64,000 nt of DNA from Amphiscolops sp. MND2022. Taxonomy: Eukaryota. Below, in pieces: positions 50,465 to 61,149 of the stretch (its first letter is position 1; every line of letters starts with the position of its first letter). Below the pieces are notes generated by a model. That model had not been told where the DNA came from and did not search any database. It saw nothing but the letters and a program-made list of their open reading frames with translations. The stretch spans positions 36,146,001-36,210,000 of the forward strand of contig OZ076413.1 in assembly GCA_964187785.1 (NCBI GenBank). Direction: 5' to 3'. Position numbers and translations under genes: made by a program.

Positions 50465-51264
50465 TTACGCCGTTGATGACGAGAAGAGTGGGCTGATATT
50501 TAAAAGAACATTCAGGCCGAATAAGCAAAAAGAATCAAACTCACGGTTATTTGTCAACTTTTTTCCTAGGGCGTTGAACGCAGCCAAAGCAAAGGTTGTC
50601 GTGTTGTTCGAATGAGCTGAAATTGTTTTTTGTCAAAGTAGGTTGAAACCGTTCTGAATAAGATTTCTGTTTTCAGAAATACAACTTTTGCACAATCAAC
50701 TGTGATCATTACAATCAACCATTACTGAAAACATTCATCAGTTATCGAAAAAGCTTGACTTACTAGACTCGAGCATAACAATGCAGTCTTTTATTCCAAT
50801 GAAACGAATAATAAGTGTCACTATCGGAGAACATCCCAGTCCAGTTCCCTTTAGAGCATGACTCAGTTTAACGTCTTTCCCATCATACTTCCCAATAACT
50901 GGATTCGCTAATGTGTGTTTCTCGTTTGCCTCCGGACCGAAATTTCCTAGATTAAAATCAACATCCGACTTTGCTTGTGCTGTAGCTTTCTCAATTGAAA
51001 CTTTCTGAGCACGATCCATTTTAATGCCGAGTCCCGCTTTTCTCTTCCTATCTGCAGCTATCACGAAAGTCTGTTACGAACTCGATTTTCGCCGGATCTT
51101 CTAGTTTCATCGCCCAGTGACATTGTTTTCGAAACTTCCGCCTTGATCGTGTTTTCTGTCTGAAGTTTTCTCGTAGGTGGTGGTATTATTGTGACTGGTT
51201 CACCATATTCGTGAAAACTGACCCTAGTTTGGTCCAAACCCCAATGTGATCTCAGATAATCCAT
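50465..51264 (-). pseudogene. RPS2: Highly divergent ribosomal protein uS5 (RPS2-like) gene, copy C; 2 recognisable exons, intron 50617-50763, single 1-nt frameshift at ~51070
   Basis: Spliced and frame-corrected: AEVSKTMSLGDETRRSG..RAFVIAAD..GLGIK..SIEKATAQAK..G.FG..HTLANPVIGK..LSHALKGTG..P..GIKDC..THSNNTTTFALAAFNAL. This is collinear with RPS2 EVLKIM..TRAG..KAFV..D..GLGVK..AK..HTV..V.G..GTG..P..GIDDC..FAKATFDAI. Not the canonical housekeeping copy. Confidence 0.78.
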
Positions 51265-52150
51265 AACTTTTGAAAAGGACAAATGGATAAGTATACTGTG
51301 CACTGAGCTTGATGAACGTTGAGCAATACAGATCTATTTTCTTTCAAACTAAAAGAAAAGGAGAAACGGCCAGCGAAGTCCAATAGAAAGACAAATTAAC
51401 CAAGCTGCAGAGTGTGACTAATTATCTGGGTGAAGACAATCTTGCAATTTGCTCTTCCACTTTATTCTCAAGTATTTGAAAGCCACATTATCCAAAGAAA
51501 AATATTTTTCTGAGCTTGGAATCGATTGGATAAATGACAAAAGACCCTCAAGGTAGCAATCTTGGAATTTTTCGCAATACAGATTTATTTTCTTTCAAAC
51601 TCAAAGAAAAGGAGAAACAGCCAGCGAAGTCCAATAGAAAGACAAATTAACCAAGCTGCAGAGTGTGACTAATTATCTGGGTGAAGACAATCTTGCAATT
51701 TGCTCTTCCACTTTATTCTCAAGTATTTGAAAGCCACATTATCCAAAGAAAAATATTTTTCTGAGCTTGGAATCGATTGGATAAATGACAAAAGACCCTC
51801 AAGGTAGCCATTTTTGAACTTTTCGCTACCTGAGAAATCTTATGATATTATGTAAACTGGTCGACAAAATAAATAACTCCTTTGTATTGACAGTGAAAAT
51901 AAAGACAAGCAATATTGACGAGCTGTAAAAATACCTGGATAATTCTTTAGAACATTCTAGAACTATACTATTCCGGGACGTTGCGAAATTTTACATGAAG
52001 TTGCTCTTTTACCTTTGTCAATTTCTTAAAAATTCATACGTACACCTTCCAGGCAAAATTTTAATGACGATGAGGATTCACAAAATGATTAGCGAATATA
52101 CAGTGCATGAATGATCGTTATAAAAAGAACCTGCATGTACTGGGTGAAAT

Positions 52151-52223
52151 GGTCTCGTGGCACAGTGGATAGATAGCCTGATTTTCATCCCTGAGGTCCC
52201 CGGTTCGAATCCGGGACTTGCCA
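52151..52223 (+). ncRNA. tRNA-like Pol III head, copy C (73 nt, then a T9 run as terminator)
   Basis: GGTCTCGTGGCACAGTGG...CCCGGTTCGAATCCGGGACTTGCCA. Canonical tRNA length and A/B boxes, but only the T-stem pairs. Confidence 0.6.
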
Positions 52224-52444
52224 ATTTTTTTTTGTAAAGTTTCAACCCCGTTTAACATCCAACTTCTTGTATCGTTGGTGTTCTACTTTTTGATCGTTGT
52301 TTTGACCAAAACTTCTTGAATTTCGACTATACGCTATTGATTCAAAGATGCCTGGTTCGAAGGATAATTTGTGGCTCACTTATTTAGCGCACTCCAAGGT
52401 TTCAAGCTTTCATAGTAGCGTGAATTCATTTTTAGTTTTATGAG

Positions 52445-53293
52445 ATGAGTAGCTTCCAAGAAGACGAAGTAGTTAAGCACATAGTAGCCATTCTGTTGAT
52501 TAATTCTCAGATGGGACTGACAGACAATGATCTTCTACACGAATACGAAGTTCTAGTTGGTCACAAATTGTTATTTCCAGTCTTCAACTACTCGAACCTC
52601 AAGGATTTTTTGAGCAGGCACCCGGAACGAGTAGAAATTTACAATTCAAAGTTCGGCAACCGATACAAAGCTGTTGAATATGATGATGAATCAGTTCAAA
52701 GAAACTTCCATCGACACGATGAACTCGCCAGTGCTTTCAAAGGCATGAAAGTTTGTTCTGAGAAACACTGCAAATCAGACCATATTGTGCCTTACGATGT
52801 CAGAAAGAATCTGTTGGACATTATCGAGAAGTATCCAACTGGTATCGACCTCGAAATTTTTCTTCTTGAGTTTTGCGAACTTTGTGGGTACGAGTTACAA
52901 CCTCATAATTTCAATTTCACGTCATATCAACAAATGTTCTTACATCTGTCTGACATTTTTTCTCTCCATCCAACAGAAAAGTCAATCCTTTTGTACCCGA
53001 CGTCACAAGTTGTGAAACCAGGTGTTGGATCTGGACAAACTTTGTCTTGCACTGATCAAATGGATTTGGCGAAGCAAAGAGTCGTTGAACTTATGAGAGT
53101 TCATGGTTCATGTATGAAGCTAGGTGATCTACAAACAGAATATTTTAGCTACTTTGGTACTTATTTGAATGTGGAAAATGTAGGGTTTGCTTCCGTTTTA
53201 GACTTCCTTTTTCATTGTCAAGATTGTTTCGACATGAAAGACTCTGGTGATTCTAGAGACGAGATTGTTATGCAGCTGAAACCAATGTATTGA
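52445..53293 (+). CDS. Single-exon 282-aa protein with three LOTUS/OST-HTH domains and no Tudor domain seen
   Basis: Three repeats of helix-G-LxxL..EY...G..L....F..L..FL..: GLTDNDLLHEYEVLVGHKL..FNYSNLKDFLSRHP; GIDLEIFLLEFCELCGYEL..FNFTSYQQMFLHLSD; MKLGDLQTEYFSYFGTYL..GFASVLDFLFHCQD. Confidence 0.8.
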   Translation: MSSFQEDEVVKHIVAILLINSQMGLTDNDLLHEYEVLVGHKLLFPVFNYSNLKDFLSRHPERVEIYNSKFGNRYKAVEYDDESVQRNFHRHDELASAFKGMKVCSEKHCKSDHIVPYDVRKNLLDIIEKYPTGIDLEIFLLEFCELCGYELQPHNFNFTSYQQMFLHLSDIFSLHPTEKSILLYPTSQVVKPGVGSGQTLSCTDQMDLAKQRVVELMRVHGSCMKLGDLQTEYFSYFGTYLNVENVGFASVLDFLFHCQDCFDMKDSGDSRDEIVMQLKPMY

Positions 53294-54072
53294 ATGCGTT
53301 GAAACCTCAGTTTCGGCGGAACGCAACCGCTCTTTATTTCCAAAACTGGAGTTGCTTAATTAAGGGCTATTTTCGACTGAAGGTACATTCTGGGAACGGA
53401 AATATCTTGAGCAAGCATAAATTAGTTGCTTCTAAGTGCTTCAGAACACAGACCAGTGGTGGTAGTTTCCGTTGCTGAAGTTAATTGACATTCACCAAAT
53501 TGAATCTCTTTTGGAATCGACTAGCAAATCCCAACCAAAATTGATTTTTATAAATAACTTACCACAGTCAGACTCCACGGTGGAAAATTGCTGATATTCG
53601 CTGCGACTTGTAGCAAGCAAATGATCTCAGACTCTTCGAAAGCTGTGAACGTGCCGAAAAAGATGAAATAGTGGACAGGAGAATTTTTTTCCTGTTGTTT
53701 AATGAACGGAAACATGCTAAGTGCCTAAAATATTTTTTAAAAATCTTTTTAATTTAATTGCCATGAGTGCATAAAACGTTTTTTTTTAGTCTTCCGACTT
53801 TAGCTTTATTTTAGCATATATTTCCCCTATGGTGCCTCTGAAAAATACTATTTTAAAGTGGTAGTAAAAATCGAAGTATTCATTTTCCCTGAATTTTTGA
53901 AAAAAATTTTCAGGTGAAGCAATGCTGGGATAGTAGCATCTCACATATGTCTCATTGCGGCTGAGAAAGCCCGTCTAATCGCTAGCGAAATACCACAAAA
54001 ATCAAAAGAGAACTAAGTTTGCAATTGTTTGTAAAGCAGCCGTCAATGCCTATTTCCATCTTGTCTCGAGCC

Positions 54073-57000
54073 ATGATGATTTTTGGACGAATTGAGATGA
54101 CTACTTCCGATAGGGAAGAACGATGTTGTGGCTGTCTGCACGTGCGCTTTGCCACCATTATGCTGGGTTGCTACTTGGTGATATCCAACACGGCTTTCAT
54201 CCTCTTCGCACCCCCTCTGCAGCCCACTGCCATGTCAAATGGCACCTTCTACTACATACCCACCTCTTCTGACCTGAACTCCCAGGCTGTCAAGGTACTT
54301 GTATCTCTCGATCCCCCATCTCCCCATCCCCTTTCTGCCAAAGTTGATCGGAAATATTTTCAGTTTGAAGCACCCTTTTCACTCACTTAGTCGCTATAGC
54401 ATGAAAGGAGTCTGTTTTCTATCATGTTTGAATTGACGTGAACTTGATTGGTTTCAAGCTAATTTGTGCAAATCTTTGTCGACTCCGACCTGAAACTGTT
54501 TTTTTTCTGTGACAAATTGTGTAGTTAACGTGTGTTTTCAACGTTTTTGAAATCAGTTACTTCGACTGTGTATTTGTAACCACTGGTTGCTTAGTTGTTG
54601 AAGCATAACATTTTAAAGCCAACCTTCTGATTTTTTGAATGATTGATGCCGTTGAAAATTGTTTCGATTTACATACAAGCATTGCCGTGAACGATGGGGC
54701 AGATTATATCGTGTGTACAGGAAGCTATGGCTAAGAACTCAGAATACATGGGCAAGGACGAATCGAACAAACGGCACAAGATAGTCTTTTCTGGAGACAA
54801 CGACTTGGAAGAGTTTGAGGCTGCTGGAAAGAGACCTAAACCAGAAAACAGGTTTGTTATTCGTGGTTATTTCATCATTAGTTTTCTGTCCATTGTTTTC
54901 CCTCGGTAAAGTTTGATCCATAGGGGCCTTGTCAGGGTTCGCATGTTTAAAACAGAGTTTGTTTTAAACACGTTTTAAAAATTTTTTGAACACGTTTTAA
55001 ACAGCTGAAATTTAACGTTTGTCTTTTTCACATACGAATGGCATCTCCAATTGTTATTACTGGAAGAAAACGAGATCCAATGTGGCTCGAATTTGAACGA
55101 TCAGAAGATGATAAAAGAGCCAAATGCAAACACTGTCCCTGGTAAAAAGCGATAGTTGGGGAGAGAATCAAAGATCATTGGCATTTTGTGTCAGACTTTT
55201 GCAGTGGTTTTCAGTTTAGAGTTTTAGATTTTAGATGTTTCAGATTTTTGTGTTTATGAATTCAAATCGAGATTTCGAGTTTTTGGCATGTTTTTGACAA
55301 GCAATTTTTATGTTTAGAACGATTTAAACAATTTTCACAGAATGTTGTTATTTTCCGAACCCTGGGCCTTGTCCACTTGCATACATGGAGTCACAAATTG
55401 CAAAGTGGAGAAAAACTTGAGTGTTGTTCCGATCTTAAGAGAGAGAGAGAGAAGTTAATTTCCCCATTACCGCGGGGTGGACGCCGAATAAGCAGTTCTG
55501 CTTTTCTAAGTCGGCGCCCTTTCGGATACTATCTCCCCATAGCAAGCTATGGTACCATATTTGCAGCCAAGTGGTCAAGTAATGGTGGACTTGAAGCTGT
55601 GGTTTCAAAGTGACTTGCTCAAGGTCACAAAGGTCTGACTGCTCACCGTTGCTCTTTTTGTTTTGCTTTTCTCCGCCAAATGCGTTATTTTTTGTCATTG
55701 ACCATACCACTAAGCTAGGGATGAAGGACTTGCTTAAGGACCAACAATGGTGAGTTGAGAGAGATTCGAACCTGATACCGCCCCAGTACAGGCCGAATGC
55801 TCTAACCACTACGCCATGCTCCCCTGTTGTGTCGTCCCAGACTAAAGAATCTTGTAGGTGATCGAGATCGATGTAGGTGACTTCCGAATGATTTATTCCG
55901 AATTTTTTTGTTTCATTGATTTTTCAAACTTTTCTTTCATTCTGTTGATGCATCTTTTCGATCCAACTGAAAGGTCCAAGTCGAACTATATAAGTTCTGG
56001 AGCACAATCTGTTAGTAAAAATCATCACAAAAACTAAACAAGGTACAATTTTTCAAAAAGTGGGTTATAGTTATAACTTTGACAGTGATTACTGATTGAG
56101 TGGTTCAGGGAAGCGTTTCGATCGGTGGAGCCTCTGAAGCATTTCGTGCAGTGTGCGATTGCGATGATGATGGTGTACGGAGCGTACAGCTTTAAGTCCA
56201 TGTACCTCATGCCGTTCATCTGTGTGCGCTTCTTCCAGCTGCTCAGACTCATCCTCGGCATCGCAGGCTGGCTCACACACGCCACTCGTGCCGCCACTCC
56301 TGTGGATCCACCCATGGACACGCCCTCCGCTACTGCAAGTTAGTCCTACTGAACTCCATACTGAACAATCCACACTGAGATGTAAAACCGTTTTCGGGTA
56401 AAACGGAATCTTCAAAAATGAAATGTATAGTATTTACTTGATATGTTCATGTTTTCAATTCAAACTTAATCATTCCGCTTACTGAAGCCAATGCTTTTAG
56501 TTTTGGTTCTAATATGCGGTAAATTATTGAAAGCGTTGTTGATTCGTTCTGCACTTCTGCAAGTGCAAGCACAACTTGTTCAACAATTTAAACCAGGGTT
56601 TTGACATCGCTAATCGCTGAACTGCTAATTTAAAAATCTCTGAAAAAGTTTCCTTGCATTTTTAAATGTTTGACTACAAATATGTTTCAAAACTAAAAGA
56701 TAACTCTAATTTCCGACAGAAAACACTATAATTTTTCATATTGTATGGGTTTTCCGCGGGTTAACAGTTTTTATAAAAATCGTTTGGAAACTCCGTATAT
56801 ACTGAGGAAAATTTGAATTTCGACATTCTATTAGTTGGCGCGAATTTGAATTTCTAATGAAATCGCTGAAAAACTAATGCACTACCGCTAAATCGCTAAT
56901 TAGTGGAGTCAAAACTGTTTTTAACATTTCATTTTTAGTCGGCGCTTTCGTTAGAAACGGTAACAATAGTAGTGACTTTTTAAAGACCAGTGATCTGACA

Positions 57001-58747
57001 GATTTGTTTAAGATGTTCCAGTAGGACTTCAGAATGACCACTTGACGCACTGGATGAGTCCGTCGCTGTAAAGCAATGTTTGTTCGGATCCCAGGATGGA
57101 CAATTTTTCTGATTCTCGTAAACGAGACCAAAGGCCCTCTTTGGTTTTTTCCGGCGCTGTGCGTTTTTTTTTCGAAACTTTTAAAATTTCATCAAATGGT
57201 ACTTTAGCGAAAAAGTGTTTAAAGGATCTCCTTTTGGGTTTTATGTGACTTTTTTTTAATTTGGGTTTTTTGACGTTTCCCGTCCAGAAAGCTTTTGAAA
57301 TGTTTTCAAATGGACTACCGTCGTTATTATTATTCTAAAAACAAAAAAGTATTTACAAGAGCTCGAATTTCCGAGTCTGATGACAAATTTCATCGCGTGA
57401 AAAAATGGTCAAAGTTGACTGCACGTTTTTCTGTATTGTTCAGTTTCATGGGGCTTTTTCCTTAGTCGTTAGGATGTCTGTCTCCCAATCAACTATCAAG
57501 ATCTGACTAATTGAGGGTTTTTTATTTTACCTTTCAGATGACGAACAAGAAACGGAACAGTCAATGAACGAGGCTCCCCCCTCTGACTTCATCTCGTCGA
57601 GCTACGGCTTCTCCATCGGCGTGATCATATGCTTGGTCTATATCAGTGTGCTGATCTACACACTCAACATCGGATTCAAATGCTACAAGTACATACTGCG
57701 ACACAACCGAACTATCGCACGACAAGGTTCGCATTCTTTTATATTCAGATACACCACCACCTCGCGAACTTGTAAGTGCTTTCAGTGAGACTTGTAAAAT
57801 TCAAAAGTAAGACTTTGAGAATTATCTGGAATTTGAAGATTTTTTTGGAAAGATATGTATAAGACTTGATTTCAAAAATTCAATAATGAAAATGTTCAAA
57901 CACGTTATTAAATTTATTAGTATTTTTTTCAATTTGCCAAAATATTGCTGAGCTCCACAGGGTTCGAATTGAAATAGAGAAAAAGATTTTGCAGCAATCA
58001 TTTTTGCAGCTGCGGTAAACAACGGTCAACACGGAGGAGACGGTAGTGGAGTGATTTCGTTCTGGGGACCAGATGGGTCAGTGAACCCCATACACCCCCA
58101 CGTCGATCCCTCCGCCGGAGAAGCTCAGGCGGAGGAATACTTGGTGGAAGGCATGCCAGCGTTCAAACTGCCCAAGGTGAGCTTTTCTAAGCAAACAGTT
58201 ACTGTTCCTTTTTATTTCATATTTAATAGATGCACCTTCAAGTTCGGAAAGCTGGTATCATGATTTGTTCCTAGCTGATTATTTGAAAGTAAAATACTTG
58301 TGAGAGACCAATATGTATTGGCATATACGACAGTTTTGATAGTATTACAGCTACCTGTACTACTTTGCAATAAGCCCATACGTTATCTGGAGAAGGCTCC
58401 GGATTCTCACTGCTTTTTTGATTTGAAATTTTTGTTTGAAGTATTCGGAAGTTGCGCAAGATCCCGAGGGTAAGAAGTATCTTATTGTAACAATGCCTCC
58501 CTCTGAGAATGCCTCTTCTCAAACGGGTCCATCGGCAGTGCAGGAATTGGGACCGCCACCCTCGTTCAGCGAGGTTACTGGCTCGACTGATGTGCCCATC
58601 GACGAACCCCCTCCCTGCTATGATGAAGTGTCGATTGGCATCACCGCTGCTGAGCAATCGGACCCAACGGAGGAGCAACGTGATCCATCCAATGTTCGCC
58701 CGGACGGACAAGGGCTGGAATCCAACGAAGAGAGCAGCCGTGTTTGA
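54073..58747 (+). CDS. LAPTM4: LAPTM4-like lysosomal tetraspanning membrane protein, 429 aa; exons 54073-54294, 54721-54851, 56109-56338, 57538-57771, 58010-58176, 58442-58747
   Basis: RCCGCLHVRFATIMLG (LAPTM N-terminal motif), MMVYGAY..YLMPFICVRFF, CYKYI, four hydrophobic segments, and C-terminal LPKY and PPCY motifs. All introns are GT-AG with compatible phases; 1290 nt in total. Confidence 0.85.
54933..55364 (+). mobile_element. Non-autonomous hAT element (432 bp) in LAPTM intron 2
   Basis: TIR CAGGGTTCG/CGAACCCTG. 8-bp TSD GGCCTTGT at 54925-54932 and 55365-55372. BED-finger remnant GRKRDPMWLEF...KRAKCKHC. Confidence 0.93.
55749..55824 (-). mobile_element. tRNA-derived SINE-like head
   Basis: Reverse strand TGGCGTAGTGGTTAGAGC (A box) and GGTTCGAATC (B box); stems do not close. 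Confidence 0.6.
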
Positions 58748-58938
58748 TTGCTGTGTAGACGTTTTATTAAAATATAGTTTATAAATCACCGTTTAGTTGT
58801 CCATTATCGTGGGAGGGTTGATGTTTGCTGACTTTCGGTTTATTAAGGGCTTCAAAGCTTGCGTCCCATTATTAACTGAGTAATAGACCTTCTACAGTGC
58901 TGTGATTATGTTCATCGTAGTATTTATGCACTTGTCAG

Positions 58939-60143
58939 GGTTTAGTATCATTTCACCCCATGTTCATTTCACCCCAAATTCATTTCACCCCACATTTTAT
59001 TTAGCCAAAAGCGTCTTAGACTAATTGCAACATCCGCATTAACGCTATTCTGCGTTTAAACAATTAAGCGTAATAATAGTGTGAAAGTATTCGACCGAAT
59101 TCTGGTTTTTGGAGACAAAGATCTCGTGAATTTGTTACATGGATCCAAACAATGGCTCGCAGATGGGACATTCAAACTGTCACCAACCCTTTTCTATCAA
59201 CTTTACACCATCCACGCCCAAGTTGGTCATTCAGCACCAGCATGCGTTAACGCCATGCTACCGAAAAAGTCAGAGAAAACGTAAAGCAGAATGATAGAAC
59301 TCGTTTCACCGAGCATACCAGACGCCTCCCCAAACCGAAGTTTGTTAGACTTTGAACAGGCACCAGTGAATGCCTGTTGTTTTAGTTTAATTTAGTTTCT
59401 AGTTATACTGTGATTTTCAATAAAAATTGATTTTCCCAGAATCTATTGCGATTTTAGAGCTCAAAATTTGACAGTAGAATCAGGTGAATATCAAGGTTAT
59501 TCTTCACCCCTTTCCACCCTTTCGCAGCCTCCCCCAACCCCAGGCAGTGGGATTGAGCGGAAGCCGGGGAAAAATGCGGATATAATTTAATGAAACATTG
59601 GCAAGGATTAGGTTTGAACTCGAGTCATTACTCTTAGGCACTGTCGTTACCACTACACCATGGTATCGATGTTGACCAATTTCATTTCTTTTTCATTTGA
59701 ATTTAGCATTGAAGTCGTTCAAGGAAGTGAAATTGTTTTGATTGACAAGGTCAATTGACATTGCTTGCGCCTTGCCGTAGTGTTCGTTTTCTGTGAACGT
59801 TGATTTTGTTAACGCGTTTTGTCAGTTTTGAGTGACAAGGTCAATTGGAATTACTTGTGCTTTGCCTTAGTGTTCGTTTTCTGTGAACGTTGATTTTGTT
59901 TACGCATTTGTTCAATGATGACCTCAATAAACGCAAAAATGGAAAGTTGTTTATTGTCATTGACTGGTGTTTACTTTTAACTTTCGTCCGAAAATGAGAG
60001 CCACCTGTCAATCAAAGCGAAGAGGTTGAACAACAAGACGGTAGAGTTCAAAGTATTGTTGTCAAGAGTGTAATTAGTCTGAGACGCATTTGACTAATTA
60101 AAATGTGGGGTGAAATGAACGTGGGGTGACATAAGCGCACACC
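58939..60143 (+). mobile_element. MULE/Mutator-derived deletion derivative with ~110-bp TIRs
   Basis: Transposase remnant WLADGTFKLSPTLFYQLYTIH...LP.K...LDFEQA..NA (59081-59375). TIRs rich in TTTCACCCCA. Flanking direct repeat CTTGTCAG at 58931-58938 and 60144-60151. Confidence 0.88.
59600..59667 (-). mobile_element. tRNA-derived SINE-like head nested in the MULE
   Basis: Reverse strand TGGTGTAGTGGTAA and GAGTTCAAACC boxes. Confidence 0.5.
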
Positions 60144-61149
60144 CTTGTCAGTGCCCAACCCCTCAATACTTTGGGTTTTGATCATCTTTTTGTGTTAGTG
60201 TTACCCCATCGCAGCGTTACTTGAAAAAGTTGGTATCTTCATGTGCTAATTGAGAAATAACATTTTCAATTTAAACGCTTTGCAGTCTTTCAACCGACGC
60301 AATTATCCACTATCAATGTTTCTCCCTCGTACTTACAATTTAATAGGGAAATATCTTGAAAACTTCGATAGGAACCCCAATGTTGTTTGTTCCTTGTTTG
60401 GTCAATGACAAAATCAAAATTTCTGGTCAAATTTTCCGATGAGATTTGAATTCCTAAATTGGTAGCTACATAGTTCGGGTATCTGATGTAAACAATTTTT
60501 TCGTACCAACGTAGTTTCTGTGAACGCATACATCTAACTGTTGAACTTTCATAACGTAATTAATACTTACTATCATTACCGCGTTGATGTGAAAATGAAA
60601 CAATTTTGTTGCAAAAGCTTTTTCAGCTAATTTGTGACAAAACCGATGACCTTTTTCTAGAAAGTTGAAGTTTTGTTTCATTCTCAAATACCTAGAATAG
60701 TACTTTGAAAGTGACTATACCCTTCCCCTTCCATTAAACCCCTAAAATCCGTCAGCTCATATTTTTTCGATATAAATGCCGATACGATATATAAAGGTTC
60801 ATGCATGACGTAACGTGTCGTGCGCAGAGGTCCAGTTATGAAGTGTGCTACTTGCTAAAGTGCTCGACAAATTGTAAAGAAGGTGTTCAATTATGAATTC
60901 AAATTAGATTGAAACATTACGTAGCTACATATTCAGATATCTATATAATTGATGTTTTTTTCCAGATACTTTCATCTCAACTTTAGCTTGACGCCAATGC
61001 CCCGCTCAAGGTTCCAAAGAGCAAACTTTCGAATATGCAAAGGAACACTGTTGTGACAAAGTTTAGTAAATTTACAGCGTTAAAATACTCAAATTATCAA
61101 ATAACTCCTAAATTTTTAGAAGTCGGAAAAAATTTTCGACTACTTATGC

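Larger units (their letters stand above)
46697..52380 (+). repeat. Tandem segmental duplication: 46697-49360 and 49361-52380
   Basis: Both units start CTGGCGAGTAAACTTTCAAG and end GATAATTTGTGGCTCA. Paired ORFs 47244/50254 and 47721/50738. Internal ~180-bp subrepeats (3 vs 5 copies) and ~245-bp doublets. Confidence 0.95.

Noticed and set aside
50738-51064. Mitochondrial MRPS5 or bacterial rpsE (HGT/contamination) identity
   Set aside because: IGIKD and GLxC recall MRPS5, but EVxKxM, TRxxG, AFV, GLGIK, GIxDC and FAxAxFxA fit cytosolic RPS2 better, and a spliceosomal intron excludes a bacterial contig. Not fully excluded without a tree.
52151-52223. Functional tRNA-Glu(TTC) genes at 40704, 49136 and 52151
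   Set aside because: The acceptor, D and anticodon stems do not base-pair; only the T-arm and promoter boxes are intact.
54694-54909. Independent nested myristoylated microprotein (MGQIISC...)
   Set aside because: Better explained as LAPTM exon 2 (54721-54851), which supplies exactly the phase 0 to phase 2 link needed.
57727-57748. 22-nt micro-intron (GT...TTCAG) in LAPTM exon 4
   Set aside because: Too short for normal splicing, and read-through keeps the frame to a consensus GTAAGT donor at 57772.
58271-58789. 172-aa minus-strand ORF; likewise 2726-3148, 18016-18330, 22170-22436 and 56034-56415
   Set aside because: Antisense shadows of real coding sequence on the other strand.
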